A stretch of DNA of 63,513 nt, filler included, from Choristocarpus tenellus KU-1152 (Eukaryota; Protista; Phaeophyceae), in the NCBI GenBank assembly GCA_964200185.2. It is 11 parts of 11 records of this genome, joined end to end, with 100 filler letters (N's around TTAATTAATTAA, not from the genome) between each part and the next. Parts side by side here need not be neighbours in the genome. Positions count along the whole stretch, not along the records: positions 23,291 to 35,585 come from CAXNAD020001886.1; positions 35,686 to 38,728 come from CAXNAD020022735.1; 9 more parts are not named here. One strand, written 5' to 3'. Below the pieces are notes generated by a model. It was not told where the DNA came from and ran no database searches. It worked only from the letters and a program-made list of their open reading frames with translations. Position numbers and translations under genes: made by a program. Shown here one piece after another: positions 24,990-38,389 of the stretch (positions within the stretch are counted from its first letter, which is position 1; the number at the start of each line of letters is the position of its first letter).

Positions 24990-27900
24990 GCCCAGATGTG
25001 GGGTGCGATGGCAAGTTCATCACTTGCTGTTGACTTGTTGGGAGGATATAGGGGTCCTCACTTGGTGCAGTGGATCTGGTGGCTCCTTGGAGTGGGTGCC
25101 CTGTTCAGTATATCTGTGGCATATGTTTTGAAGGTCGTTTTGGGGGGGAGGGAATTGATTGATTTCCCAGATTAATTGATCTAATTGTTGATGACTACAG
25201 GGGAGGGGGGTGGGCAGGTCTTGTTGTACCTATATATATATATGAGGAATGTTTATGACGGTATGGGCTGTNNNNNNNNNNGGTTTGGGCGTTTTGTGCT
25301 TATTTTTTTTTCATAACTGCAAGTTGCAACGGTTAGATAACTGGGACGATCATTTGTGGGCAGGTCTTGTTGTACCTATATATATATATGAGGAATGTTT
25401 ATGACGGTATGGGCTGTAACTATGCCAATACACTGTAGATTTATATATATATATATATCTTTTTTACAGATACACAATGATCCTTAATAATACGTAACCT
25501 AATTTTATGATACATGGCTGATGGGAGTAGTTGTTTCTGTTTTGGGCGAAAGACATTCAGTGTGTTGACTCCTTTGGTTCTGGTGATGCTTTTGTGGTGC
25601 TGTGGGGTTGGATGGATAGGTTGACTCCTGTTTCAGTGGTTTGTTCTGCAGGGTGCTGGGTGGTGTGAGCCTGTGCCAGTTTGTTGATGTGAACCTTGGT
25701 CAGGGTGAGCCCAGGAAGTCACAAGATTCTTCATCAGTCTAATAAAGTAATAATAAAATAATCTGCAGATTGTACTACATCGTCTGATTTTTTATTTTTT
25801 GTGTATGATGCCATGTGAAGAGCAGTGGGCAAAGGTTTGTGGCAAGGCAAACGCCTGCTAAGTGTGGAAGTCTATGTCTGTAAATATAGTAGGTAGTACA
25901 TTGCTTGCGGAGGTGTGCAGTGGTTTCTCTACTAATTTGAATAATTATTATTTTATTGGAAAGAAAAAAATTCTTCATGTATTTCACTGTTTGGGAACAA
26001 TATATAGTTCTGAGATGTTTCTGTCAAAAATGACAACCATTTCAGTGTGCTTGTATTTTGTGTTCAAGATATACGTGGAAAAGGCAATTTTTTATGCTCC
26101 GAAATATTCAGAATTGTTACCAACCCTTTGTTTTTTTGGTTGTTGGGGGTGTGATTTACTCCACAGCATTGTGTTACTATTTTAGTTCCCATTTATCCTT
26201 GGTAAGTAGTATTGAAATGTTATGTAAATGTGGGATTTAACCAGTGTTGTGGTATATATGACATTGTACCAATTTGCCAAGTAAAGCACTGGAGGGGGGG
26301 AGAGGAGTTGGAATAAGGAGTTCTCTTTTTTCTGTGTAAGGTTTATATTGTGATTTATATGGAGCATTCTTGTTAGAGGGGTATCATGTTTGTTGTAGTA
26401 GGGACTGATCTCTGACCAGAGAATAACTTTCATAGCACTATCATACCTCTTCTTTTCTTTATTGCCTTCTTTGAAACAAAGATATGAAAGCCATCCTTGC
26501 TCAAAATGGAACCCCCCCCCTGCCCCCCCTTATCTGTTAGTTTTAACTGTTTCTAAGTACATGTATAAGTGTTAAATCCCAATGTGCTGTTCTTGGTTTC
26601 TTCAACATCTGTGCTGTACCAACCCTTACTAAATTGACACCCTATTGCAATAAAATATTTAGGTGCAGTGTTTTAGTCAGGGTTAGGGTTTTGGTTTATT
26701 AGTTGGCAGCACAGTAAAACTTTGAAAACTGTGTTCATGGCGTATTTGGAATTCATTGTACCGTTTGGGGAAAGTTCATTGCATTATACTGGTTTGCGAA
26801 CCTCCTATTTCTCATTGGCAGAATTTCATAATTTTCTGGATTGTTTAGCAGCGCACTGGGCATGTGTGCTTCTATTTATAAACACTGCTTAATGTTTTTT
26901 TTTTCCATTTTTGAACGAAATACCTCCTTTTTTGGACTATTTTTCGGTCTTGTTACCAGATTGTTACCAGATTGTTACCAGATTGTTGGCTCAAGAAATT
27001 ATCTTAATAGGTGCCAATGAACAACTTTTTCTTTCTGATGTAGAGGATGGGTCTAGTAGTTGTGTTAGAAAGGAATGTGATATTTTATCCGTTTCTAAAT
27101 GTGGTACTTGTCCTGAGTGACATCTCTCCACTCCCTTGTACTTGGGATTGATTCTTGGGATTGATTCTTGCCCTCTCTTGTCTTGTGATTGATTCTTGGG
27201 ATTGATTCTTGCCCTCTCTTGTCTTGTGCGGGCATGCTTGCAGATTGTTTGCTATTGGGGGGCGGTGAGAAGGGAGTGGGCTCATCCCATCCGGTCAAGC
27301 TTCATGTTTGCACCTTTCCTGGCATCCATGGTGTTGATGCTGGGTGAGCCCTATTCTTCTCGGGAAGGTGAGGTGTTTGGTGGTGCTCTGGGGTAGGTTC
27401 TTGTGCTCAGGGCTTGTGGTGTGTTGCCATTGGTTCATGCCTCATTTTGTGCAAACCTGTGTTTAATTTTTTTGTCATGATTAGTTTTTGTTCAGGATAG
27501 TATGGCGTGTATAATATTTCGGTTTTATTGCCTATTTGTTAATCGTTTTTTTAGAAAATGAATCTGGTAATTGTTACGCAGAAAAATGATGAGATTTTTG
27601 AATGTTTCAAAATGTGAAAAAAATTGGTGTGTAAATCCTAAAAGTAAGCAATTTTGTTGATAGAATTATATTTCTTTATTGAGATTTTTACGTACACAAG
27701 AGGGCTTTGCACTCTTTTTATCATGCGTACATAGTTGTTAGCAGTACCAACATTTAATAAAGAATCGGTCATTTTGCCAAAAGATCTCAATGTAATAGTA
27801 TTTTCCGCCTCTGCTCCATTACTTTTTTTTTATGTGCTCACCCTCTGTTACCTTACCATTCGGATCTCTAGCAAATGCAGCTGTTACAGGGGTATACCTT

Positions 27901-30900
27901 TTTTTTGCTAGTACCAATTTGCTTATGATATCACCTTCGTTGTTCCATACTTTACAGGATTACTGAATATTCCAGTCATGTACAATTTATGGATTTTTTC
28001 TTGAGGGGGATGTACCCTGGCACTTGCTGTTGTGGTTCAGGTGTCAGTGCGTTGTGAGTTATGTAAGGCGTTTTACAAAAGAAAACTGTTTTACTTTGTA
28101 CCAGGTAATGCTTGTATGGTAGTGCAGACTGAGTGGAGTTTGATGGCTTCAACATATTAGATTAAATTTCTATGTTGATCTTAATTTTTTGATTGCGTAT
28201 TGTATCCAGATCACCTTTTGTTTTTTTTTCTGTTTTGTGTAGTCTTGCTCAACGTTGTGAAGCTACTAGGCCTCCCTGGGTCTTGAGATCATTCTGTTAC
28301 CTATGAGCCCCTGTCCGTGTGGGGTGTCTATTGGATGAAGATTGTCTTGGGAAAATGGAGGGGGGTTCTAAAAGGAAGGAGTTGTCCTATAAAATCTTCT
28401 TATACTTGGCATTTTTTTCATTGAAGTAGTACCTCTGATTTTTAAGATGCCCATCCCCAGTCTAGTGGAGAGATGATGACAACGTTATATGTGAAGATTC
28501 ATGACTTTGCATTCCTTGCAGGTATATTTTCTTGATCTAAGCTCGAGCTAAAGCTAGGACTTTGGTTGTGTTTGAAGCAATTAGCTTGACTTAACTGTGG
28601 AGTGATGTTTGAAAATATGACCCTGCTGATAAAGGATTAATAAGGTCTCTCCCAACATATACATACACTGAGAGAAGAATTTTGATACTTTTGAGCCAAT
28701 GCGATTTATTGACCCTTGGTAACCTTTCCCATTTTTGTTTTACATTGAGAAGAAAAATCAAGTGTTGTACCCCTCTGACTGTTAGTTGGCATCTCTCAAA
28801 CGCAAGTTGAAAATCGATTTTGCGGTGTGCCCTTGCTGTTTCATCATACCATGTTATTCTTAACCCTAACCATGTTATTCTTAACATTGGTTAAGAAATA
28901 GGCAGGTGCGTCTTCTCCAAAAGTGACAGCTACATCAGCACTCAACTCATTCTTGGCACTACTGTCTTCTTGATGACCAGTGTTGGACGCAGGGGGAGAA
29001 ATCCCGTTACCAATCTTCATATTTCTGGCTGGCAGTGTTCTGTGGCTAGAGACACAGTTGTATGGGCGTTGGCTGTTCAATGTCGGCAACTCTTTAAAAA
29101 GAGCAAACCCCACGTACCAATTGGGTGTCATGGGAAACTTCTTGTCTGCGGCCATGGGCAGTCGGGTGAGCACATGCACTTTGGTTTTGGTGTTTTGTGT
29201 TGAGCCTTTTTTCTTTTTTGTATAGATTGGACTGTGGAGTGGTCTAGTGTGAGACTGTTCCTGGGACTACAGATTAGTTTGTTGACTGGTTGGGACTGAT
29301 GCTATGGTTTGGACTATGGACTGGACTATATTGGACATAGGCTATTGTTTGGAATTGAACTTGGACTTAGATAGGAAGTATGAGCAGAACTGTAGGACTC
29401 GAAGTTCGAGTTGAACCAGTGCTTGAGCTTGGATTTTGCATTGGTACTGTCTTAGGAGTTTGTGCTTGGGACTCGAACACTGACTGGTAGCCTGGTTAGT
29501 GCAATGGGTCATGCTCGAGTTTGTGGGGGGGATATCAAGAATTGCAGCACCTATTTTTACTAATTTGCTATTGTGTCTCTCATCTACTTCTACCTGAGTT
29601 GTTGTTTGTATCATGATTCTGCTTTTGTGAACTCATTCAATTCATGCACTAACAACTCCGAATCTACTTCTGTTTTCAATAAGGTTGTGGGATCAGATAA
29701 AATGGTGGAGGTCTGCAATCAGATCTCGCTGTTTTTTTTCTCTGTGGGTATCCTGTATATACTGCTTGTGTTCTTCGCTGTCCAGGTTGGTGGTGAAAGG
29801 GTTACAGTTACAGACTTTTTTTTTTAGGGGGGATGGTTTATGTGTGAGGGAATCCTGGAATATTAGGTGGTGATTTAGTGTATTTATGTTGTTTAATATG
29901 TTTTTGATTATGTCGAAACATCGATCATCAAGAGCATTGATTGTATGGAGTACAGTATGTACTGTACTAATTGTACTGTACTAATTGTACTGTACTAATT
30001 GTACTGTACTAATTGTACTGTAGTTTTTCCAGCGTTATGTGCTGTGGTAGGTTCCAAGTGGTGTTAGCTTTGTGATTATGGTAGTTACAATGTGGTGCAG
30101 CTTGCTTGTCTTTAGGGGGTGAATAAAGGTGTGTAACTTACTGAATGTTAGTCCGTGTATGTGTGTGTCATAGAGCAAGGAATCTGAACAACGACTGCTT
30201 TGACCTCCTTGTCTACCCTCTGATGAGCTCTTGCCCTTTCTGTCCTCCCTGTTGACAGTATCAAACTATTGAAATAATATCGGAATGTTCTGGAAGACCA
30301 GTATTTGATGCTGCTTTGTGGTCTTTATACTTGAGGTTTATGGTTAGGTCTTGGCATTGGTGTTGATAAGTTGGTGTGTGTGCAAGAGTACCATATTCCA
30401 TACATATGGGGGTTTCCACATGTGTTGGAAGTGCTCCTATAAGACAAGGAACAGAATGATGCCCGTGTCTGCCTGCCGAGCTGTCCTTGCCCACCATACC
30501 AACACCCTGACGTCTTCGCTGTACAAGCAGGTACCTTGTTTTGTGGTGTGCACTTTTTGTGGTATGGGCATTAACCTCTTGGTACTGTTACCGTACTTCT
30601 ACGGATAAGGGTTTCTAATATTAAAGTTCTCCCCTTGCTTCCCACCTCCTATATTTCTTCTCAGTCCCCCGCTCCACTTCCCCCCTTTTCTTCATTAGCA
30701 CAATTCTGCTGCTGCAGTGACAATTCATATGCACACCACCGGGGGTGGGGATGCACACGGTGGTGGAGAAAACGAATTGAAGGACAGTACTGGGAATTCC
30801 AACGTAGAGGAGGGCGGAGGTGAGAAAAAGGCAGTGTGGGCTGAACGTAACAGCAACAATACAACTGAGGGACTTCAAACAATGATGCAATTGTCACACG

Positions 30901-33900
30901 TCACTGAAGGTACAAACGAAAACTATAGCTCGCATTCTGTTGTCGAGGGGAGCGGAGTGAGAATGGTGTCAGATGACAAGTATTCTCGCAGCAAAGAGTT
31001 TTCTATTGCTTTTGGTGATGGAAGAAGAGTTACAAAACTGGATATTGAGACTGGGGAAGGATCTGGGTCCTTTGGCTCGGGAGGCCTGCAGTTTCATTCG
31101 AGTCTGGTGCCCAATAGTCGTGTGGTGGTACATGCTGAAGATTTGCCCAGGAGGGAGGATTTGAGACCGATGCAGACCAAGGTCCATCATGGTATGGGGG
31201 GTCGGGGCGGGCGAGGGGACCCTTCTAATATGTCTGGTGCAGGTGGGATGATGAGAGTGGACAGTAACTTGCCCGCACTTGTGGAAACATCTGAACGAAA
31301 TCTGATGCCTGTTGTAGGTGGAGGAGTGACCGGGAACAAGTTAGAGGTTGATAGTGGGAAAGCAGTGCAGAAGGAAGGAAGGGGATTTGGACTGAACCCA
31401 GGGGCACTCACAACATCTTCAGTCAGTGTTCAGCAAGAGGCTAAGAGAGTGATGCAGGGGCCAGGACCGGAGAATGGCTCTTTGGCTGGTCCAGGGGTGG
31501 AAGCACTGCTAGAGGTGGGTGCACACGGTCCTGACTCGGGCCCTGCGAATGACCCTGGGGCAGCAGAACCACCAGTGCCAGATGTAGCTACTCCATTACC
31601 TATTGGGAAGGCAATGCATCCCATCTACTTCCTGTTTGTGGCCCCACCAAGTGCAGCAGCGCTAGGGTGGTCGAGTATTTTAGGGGAGTTTGACAACCTT
31701 GCAAGGGGGCTGTACTTCATATCCATGTTCATGTACATGTTCTTTGCGCTGGGGAACAGTGGCTTCTTCAGGAACTCGGAGTTTTCTATTGCCTGGTGGG
31801 CGTACGCATTTCCATGTGAGTAAACAGTTTCTTATATTTGTGTAGACAAATGTCTACGGTTTGAAGTTTGATTCATTTCTTGTTAGCCACACAATAGAGC
31901 TCTACTAGAGAAGTGCGATGTTTCTTTGACCGAATGTCTTTTTATTGCACTGTCATGGTTGCTGGACTTGAATGTTCTCACGTATTTCAGTTATACTTAA
32001 GTACCCTACTGGATGTAGAATAACAACCACACACTGCATTTAGTGTGCAAGTAGTTTTATGCAACGTCTGCTGCCTTGTGTAATTTTTTGCACCACACAT
32101 GCACACACAGATTCATGGGCGCTCCTATTTCATGCACATACTTGATCGCCTTTTGCACCTTGTACACAGAGATGACTCTTTAATTGGTACTTCTGGGGGG
32201 AATGAGGGGTGGGATGGAGTCTAGGGCTAAGGTTTTAAGAATGTGTTTGCTATATATATAGGATTTAAGTGTCTGCGAGATGCTTGAATGCTTGAAGCAC
32301 CTATTACTTACTGATTTTTAGGTGCTTTCTCCCCACAATTAACATGGAGGCACTTGTGTATTCAGGGTGTTAGACTTGGACTCTTGGCTCTGATGGGCTG
32401 GCCTGGAGCCAGCTTGGTAATAATATTTCCTATTGTTGTCATGATCTGACCAGGGCTAAAATGATTTAAATGAGACTGGGCCGTGAGCCAGCTCATCAAA
32501 AAGATAATTTAAAGGGTTGGGTGAGAGCCGTTAGTGGTTCTCATGGGACCAGGCTATGGGTCGGTTTGGACAAGAGATACTTTCATGATTGTGGGCCAGG
32601 TCTCAATTTTTGCAGAGGTCATTCTGGGATGGCACAAGTGATTTGACCATGAATCTTGAATTTTTCTGTGAATTGTAAGCTTCCAAGTAAACGTCCTTAA
32701 ACACTCCATGTTCTTCACACACATGCAACTCATTAAGCTGTTGGCTCCATACTTTGTATTTAAATGTCATAAAATTTTTATAGCCCCAATGAAGAAGCAG
32801 GATTTTTTTCACATGTTTATGTTTTATGGGTGTATTATGCAGACACGAAAAAATTTGCCCACCAAAACCTCAAGCAAAATGGGACTGCCTATGCCTATAT
32901 TCAAGAATAGTATTTTGCTGCATCCTCCAGGGCATTTGTGGGGGGGCTTGTCCGCCTTCTCAACCTTTTCCTTGCTAAGATGGGGAGTTTTGAAGATGTC
33001 ACCCCTAAACCCCAACATTTAACCGTTGACTGACGAGGCTCTCCCAGACACACTCTATTGTGTCCCAGGGTTGCACATTGAATGCCTCCATTGTTGCCTC
33101 CACCAGCTCCTTTGTGTTGGTCATCCCCACTTCTTCCTTCAGTTGCTGGACGGAATGAAATAATCCCAGGTCGTTGGCGTTGAGGTCAAGTGAGTTGGTT
33201 GGCTAGGTCTCTGTCACAATGTTGTCTTCCATCGCCTCCTTGATTACCTCCATGATTCCCCTCTTGGTGTTTGGCTTTGCCCCGTCCTGCTGCATGAAGA
33301 TGGTGTGACGTTCCAGTCTAGGCATGCAAGCCTTGATTGCCGAGATAACATCCTCGATTATGATCTTCTTACACCTCTTCCCTTCCACCTTGGCTGGCAC
33401 AAGCACCTTCGTGCCCTTGGGACAGTGTTTGGTGGAGCGCTGAGTGACCTTAGTGTCCATGATTGATCAGATCCCGATTTTCCGATCGAACCTCACCCCA
33501 TTGGAGGGCTTCCCAGGCTGGGCCACAGCTGCAAGGAACATCACATTTGTAATGTAATGTCGCTTATTCTGTGCCAATGTAGTTTGAGGGGGGCCTCAGT
33601 GGGATGCAGGTACACGCCTTGTCCATCTTTGAGAATGCAAAGCCACTTCTTGGCCACATGCACCCTATCATACAGATAATCCAAGAATACCCCACTTCCC
33701 CCCTCCTGTGCACGTGGCTGACGATGAAACCCACCCTGTTGAATTTTTGCTGGTCTGAGAGGATTGTCTTAATCCATTGCTTGACCTCCTTCACCTTCTC
33801 ATGTTTGCACATGGATCCCACAACGAGGCAAGGGAGTCAGTCCTCTGAGGTATCCGAGTCTCATGCCCTCTCACCTCAAGGCATCGTGCCACCATGCAGT

Positions 33901-35007
33901 TTCTTTGGGGTGTTAAACCTGAACCCAGACAGATTTCTGAGTCGAAGAATTTGGACCAATGGGCGATTTGCTTGAACAATGGAGGACATTTGTCCTAGCC
34001 ATTCCAATACACTCCCATTTTGACAGTTTCAAGAGGTTTTTGAGCCCTGTCAAACGCGACTTGGTCGACTTTGTACTGTTGATCCTCTGCAGTCATGACA
34101 GTCCAGCATCTCGAACTTGCATGCCTCCATCTATATGAGAACTAAGCCTCGTCCAAAAGGTTATCTTGTGAATTGTTCCCAAGCGAGAATGGAGGTTGCA
34201 AAATTCTTGCTGCATTTCATTCTGAACGGAGGAAGTAGTATCAATTTCAACAGTAGTAAACAGCAGTGGTAACCTTCGTACTTTTATCAGCAGGAATAGG
34301 CTGGGGTGATCCGTTTTTGACATGGCTTACCTGGTTAAAAAAATGTGGTTTGGGCTGGACCAGAGCACTAGTTGCATTGAAGGACCTGGCAGCAGGTCAG
34401 CCTGGATTATGTGTTCTGAAATGGAGCAAGGTCAGTGCGTTAATGGGAATGTTGCAGGGCTAGTTAGTGGCCCAGTCTCCCTAAGCCAACCTGGTTACCT
34501 GCTGTTCCGATGTAGAGTCCTAATATATTGTAGGTAAATTTTCACTTGCGCAAAGATTCTTGATGCAATTTCTCTGCGCTTGTCCAATCTCTTTGCCTCC
34601 TACATGGGAATACATGGAGGAAGAGGATAAGACAGAAATATACCCAACCACTTGCGTGAGAACTATGTATCCTTTAACTTGATGCTAGTTGCCTATACAC
34701 GCTCTATCCTTACTACTGAAGTAGATATTAATCACTGCATTCCTCCATGCTTCTCCTTGTCCATTCTATATGCTCCTGCCCCTTATTTTTTCATTTTCTC
34801 TTCGTGAATGCAGCATCTGCATTTGCCACTGCAACCTTGGCCTACGCTGGGTCTCAAGGGAGTGAAGCAATGGCCATTGTTGCACTGTGTCTAGCAGCAG
34901 CCTCCACCATGTTAGTGGCTTGTGTGTTTTTCCTTACGATTGGCGCCATTATTGAAGGAAAAGTGTTCAACCGGGACATGGTGGTCTGTGTTCGACTGGA
35001 CAAATAA
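24990..35007 (+). CDS. SLAC1/SLAH (TDT superfamily) S-type anion channel, 5'-partial, at least 632 aa; exons 24990-25133, 27244-27343, 28981-29165, 29684-29785, 30455-30530, 30718-31815, 34814-35007
   Basis: GT-AG introns with consistent phases (1899 nt). Diagnostic motifs are AVRREWAHPIRSSFMFAP, LETQLYGRWL...ANPTYQLGVMGNF, MHPIYFLFVAPPSAAALGW and FSIAWWAYAFP (gate Phe). Exon 30455-30530 is supported by splice signals and phase only. TM1 and the N-terminus were not located. Confidence 0.88.
29958..30021. repeat. 14-bp tandem repeat TGTACTGTACTAAT, about 4.5 copies
   Basis: Directly visible in a SLAC1 intron. Confidence 0.9.
33000..34235 (-). mobile_element. Degenerate Tc1/mariner DD39D (Stowaway-type) transposon in the last SLAC1 intron
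   Basis: Fragments read KRHYITNVMFLAAVAQP, FDRKIGI, TQRSTKHCPKGT, IIEDVISAIKACMP...TIFMQQDGAKP and PTNSLDLNANDLGLFHSVQ. One terminus, TA|CTTCCTCCGTTC at 34235, resembles the Stowaway TIR. The second TIR was not found. Confidence 0.85.
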
Positions 35008-35685
35008 ATACAATTAGATTTACCTTTTTGTTTTTCTCTGTGTGACTGGTTAAGGTGTTATAGCTGAGTGTTGACAAGAAATGTCAAGGGGGTAAGTTTA
35101 AGGCAACGGTAAGAAAAGCGACCAAGAAAAGGTATGGCTGCTGCTGTGAGCAAAATAAAGGCTGCCTGGGCGAACTTCCGTATCATTCCTGACAACATGA
35201 GATTGAAACTGGTGACAATGGAAAGTATTTTCCTTCCTCTGATGTAGTCACCTTACCTTCACTCACACTGTCCCTGTGATTAAGCTGCTTTTACCTATTT
35301 TACCCTTTGTATACTTGTATTCATGTTTTTGTGTTTGGCACTTGCATGTATGTGTGTATTTCTTCCCTTTTGCTTTTGGCTGAAAGGCAGGGGATACTGG
35401 GGACAAGGCTCAAAGTATCTGGGAGGGGGTGGTGGCTGTTCATTTGGGGTCATTTTTTTCATGTCGCGATTTTTGGGTTTTTTGGTTCCATACATTGAAT
35501 GGATACCGTAAATACACTTTTCCTTATTTTGGCCCAAATGGATACCCTGGTGTAGACCCCTACCAAAGCCCCCCCTGCGCTTCTCNNNNNNNNNNNNNNN
35601 NNNNNNNNNNNNNNNNNNNNNNNNNNNNNTTAATTAATTAANNNNNNNNNNNNNNNNNNNNNNNNNNNNNNNNNNNNNNNNNNNN

Positions 35686-35750
35686 AAAGTGAAAATCAAA
35701 AAATGGTGAAAAATGGACGCCTACCCCCCCCCCCCCAGATACTTTGACCC
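35686..35750 (-). mobile_element. MITE family B, partial at contig start
   Basis: ...GGACGCCTA(C)nAGATACTTTGACCC. Confidence 0.75.
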
Positions 35751-37835
35751 TGAAACATGTATCATGTCTTGAGATCTCACCCCTGGCATGGGATCCTGTC
35801 GCACCAGGGTCTGTACGAAGACCAATCGTACCTTTGGCCACCTCCACTATTGACCTTCACTGACCTCTTCCACAAGTTCACAGTCCTAGCGGCCAGAGCA
35901 CTCCCAGGCTCCCCCTGGTTCCCTGCTTCACATTGCAAAGAAAATTGTCGCGAGCAGGTGGCACGCTGAATCGTGTCCTTTGAACACTCACTGTGCAATT
36001 AACCTTGGAAGGTACTGCTATTTGGTCGGTAGTGAAGACAATAAGGTGTGGAGCCTTCACACGATTCCCCATTCGCTGAATGTGAAAATAATGGGTGGAT
36101 GAAATTAGAAGAGTGACCTTGTGGAGTGTCTTCTTATTGCTTTTATAATATCGTTTGTGCCTCAGATGTAAGTCAACGGTTATGTCAGAGAATTTTAATT
36201 GCTGTACCAAACCCCATATATAATCAGCATGCATTATCTTATTAGCTGTATCATACATGGACTCAATCCAATGGCATAATCTTACATACACAAGAATAGG
36301 GCACACCTTACAGTTGTCCTATTTCTGCACGCTCACCACTATCGTGATGTTGTAGGTAATGTCTGATGATGTGGTAGCGCCCAAACAATTCCAGCACATA
36401 GCAATTTGGAGAGCTTGCTCGAACATCTGATGGCCCATCACTGTCATATGGCCCACCCAGTCCAACATCGTGGTCAAAGTGATTTGGGGGATGGACTCCC
36501 TGGGCATTTTGCAGCTCATCAAAATTTCTGCAACTTAGCGATTTTCTCATCTGAGTGAATGAGAAAATGCTCCGTCAATTACCCTCCAAGCCTCTGATGG
36601 TAATGCTACATTACGAATCATGCACCTGTAGAAGCCGATGGTATTCCTAAGCAGAACGTCATATGCCTTCTTGGCCTTGACTACCCCATCTTCATTCATA
36701 TGCCCTCCCTATAAGAAGTTTACGTCGCCCACTCTAAGAGTGTCCTCCCTCTACCCCAATGCCTTCGTAAAGGTCACCTTTCGCGCCTAAAAAGGCACAC
36801 ATTGTGGCGAACCAGTCTGCATAGTTGTCATCAGGCAATTGAAGGAGTTTGGTGTGGAGCCCGCCTCAGGCCACTCCAGCTCCCCCTAGCTTGAGTGTAT
36901 TGGTTAAGGGCGCTTAAGCCTGTTGAATGGCTTTGTGAAGGAAAGGCTCGTCGCCAGAAGCTGCTGGTGGTTTACATGGTGAACATACACTGGTCTGTGA
37001 ACTGTCCTATGTCCTTTTGTCTTCTAGTCATCCATTAGCACTGACGCATGGCCAAGACTGACTCACCATATACTGTTACGTACGTTACTACTCTGTATTG
37101 TACCGAACTAAAGATATACAATGTACATAAAACTATGTTTTATCTGCTTGTATCAGCACGCACAACGTAAGTATAACACTAGTTGTTCGACAAACAACTG
37201 CTAGCAGTAAGCACGCGCACGGACCTCTCGAATGGGGAAGACCGATTCATCACAGTTAGTATTTAAGATCTGTAAGGGTCAAAGTATCTGGGGGGGGGGG
37301 GGGGGTTTGGGGGGGGGGGGCCATTTCGGTCAAAAAACTATTTTTTTTGCGGACATTTAANNNNNNNNNNCCGCTAGCAGAAAGTAGTTATGGGGGGGAA
37401 GGGGGTGGTTTGTGAGGGGGCGTCCATTTCGGTCAAAAAACTATTTTTTTTGCTGACATTTCAAATCCGACACGTGCGACCAAATCACATAAAAAAGGGT
37501 GAAAAACGGATGCCGACACCCCCCCCCCAGATACTTAGACCCTAACCCAGAATAAGGCAGCGGTTTTCAGATGTATTACGGCGTTTGGAAACCCGATAAG
37601 AATAAAATCGATATGAACTAAGATTGCTGTTAGGTTTAGTCCTTGGTTCATGTTTGTCGAACACTCGTTCTGAAAGGACTGTACCTTTATCTGCTGACCT
37701 GATACCTACCATCCTCGCTGGACATTAGCCTATCAGTGTACCTCAGGAGTCCCGTACGTGCATCAGCGCCATCCATAGGCTTGTGGACTGGAGCTATACA
37801 TTTCGTGGAGGTACGCTTTGAAACGTGTTGTAACA
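35751..37835 (-). mobile_element. Ty1/Copia remnant: LTR 37074-37835 (interrupted by MITE-B), gag and protease fragments
   Basis: The putative LTR is bounded by TGTTAC...GTAACA and followed by a TGG-starting PBS-like site. gag-like AKKAYDVLLRN...PSEAWR and protease-like TDPGATGSH lie downstream. Confidence 0.65.
37276..37542 (-). mobile_element. MITE family B inserted in a Copia LTR, 3-bp TSD TAA
   Basis: taa|GGGTCAAAGTATCT(G)n...AGATACTTAGACCC|taa. The internal duplication around the N gap is probably an assembly artefact. Confidence 0.8.
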
Positions 37836-38132
37836 ATTGCTCATTCACTCTCGCTTCTATCTTAGACAATCTCAATACTCCCGACTCTGATCTCAAGTCA
37901 AAGTGGTTCAGTGTTAATTTGTGGTTTTGGTTGGTTACTAGAGTGTAATTGTTTTACCTTAGTTATCCCCCCTTACGTTGGTAAGTAACTAAATTTAAGA
38001 TCAAAAGTCTCCCCTGCTTGCATATCAGGTGAACAAATGATATTGTGTGCCTCGCGTTAGATTTCCACACTATTGTTTCCTGCTCGTCGTGGCAATCCGC
38101 ATGTGCCTCTATGACTGTTATGAAATATCAAT

Positions 38133-38389
38133 ATTCGAAAGTATCTTGGAGGGTACGAGTTTGCCCTGCTTGTCCATTTGGGGCTTGGCTTCCCATGCTT
38201 TTTATAATACATTTTCCTACTTCAAAATGTTTCGGAGTAGGTAAAATGTATACGTTATGAAAAGGTGTGTCTGGAACAAGGATATTGACACTTCCTAACA
38301 AACACGATAGCTAAAATTACATCAAAATCCCAACATTGGATTTTGGTCCCCAAATGGACGCGGTTCTACCCTCTAAGATACTTTGGCTC
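38133..38389 (+). mobile_element. MITE family A
   Basis: The body and right TIR are intact. The left tip is degenerate. Confidence 0.88.

Noticed and set aside
25208-25417. Direct duplication of about 60 bp
   Set aside because: It straddles a short N gap and is probably a scaffolding overlap artefact.
25652-25703. Extra SLAC1 exon with good splice signals
   Set aside because: It has a stop in the required phase, and the flanking exons join directly to give the conserved TM2-TM3 sequence.
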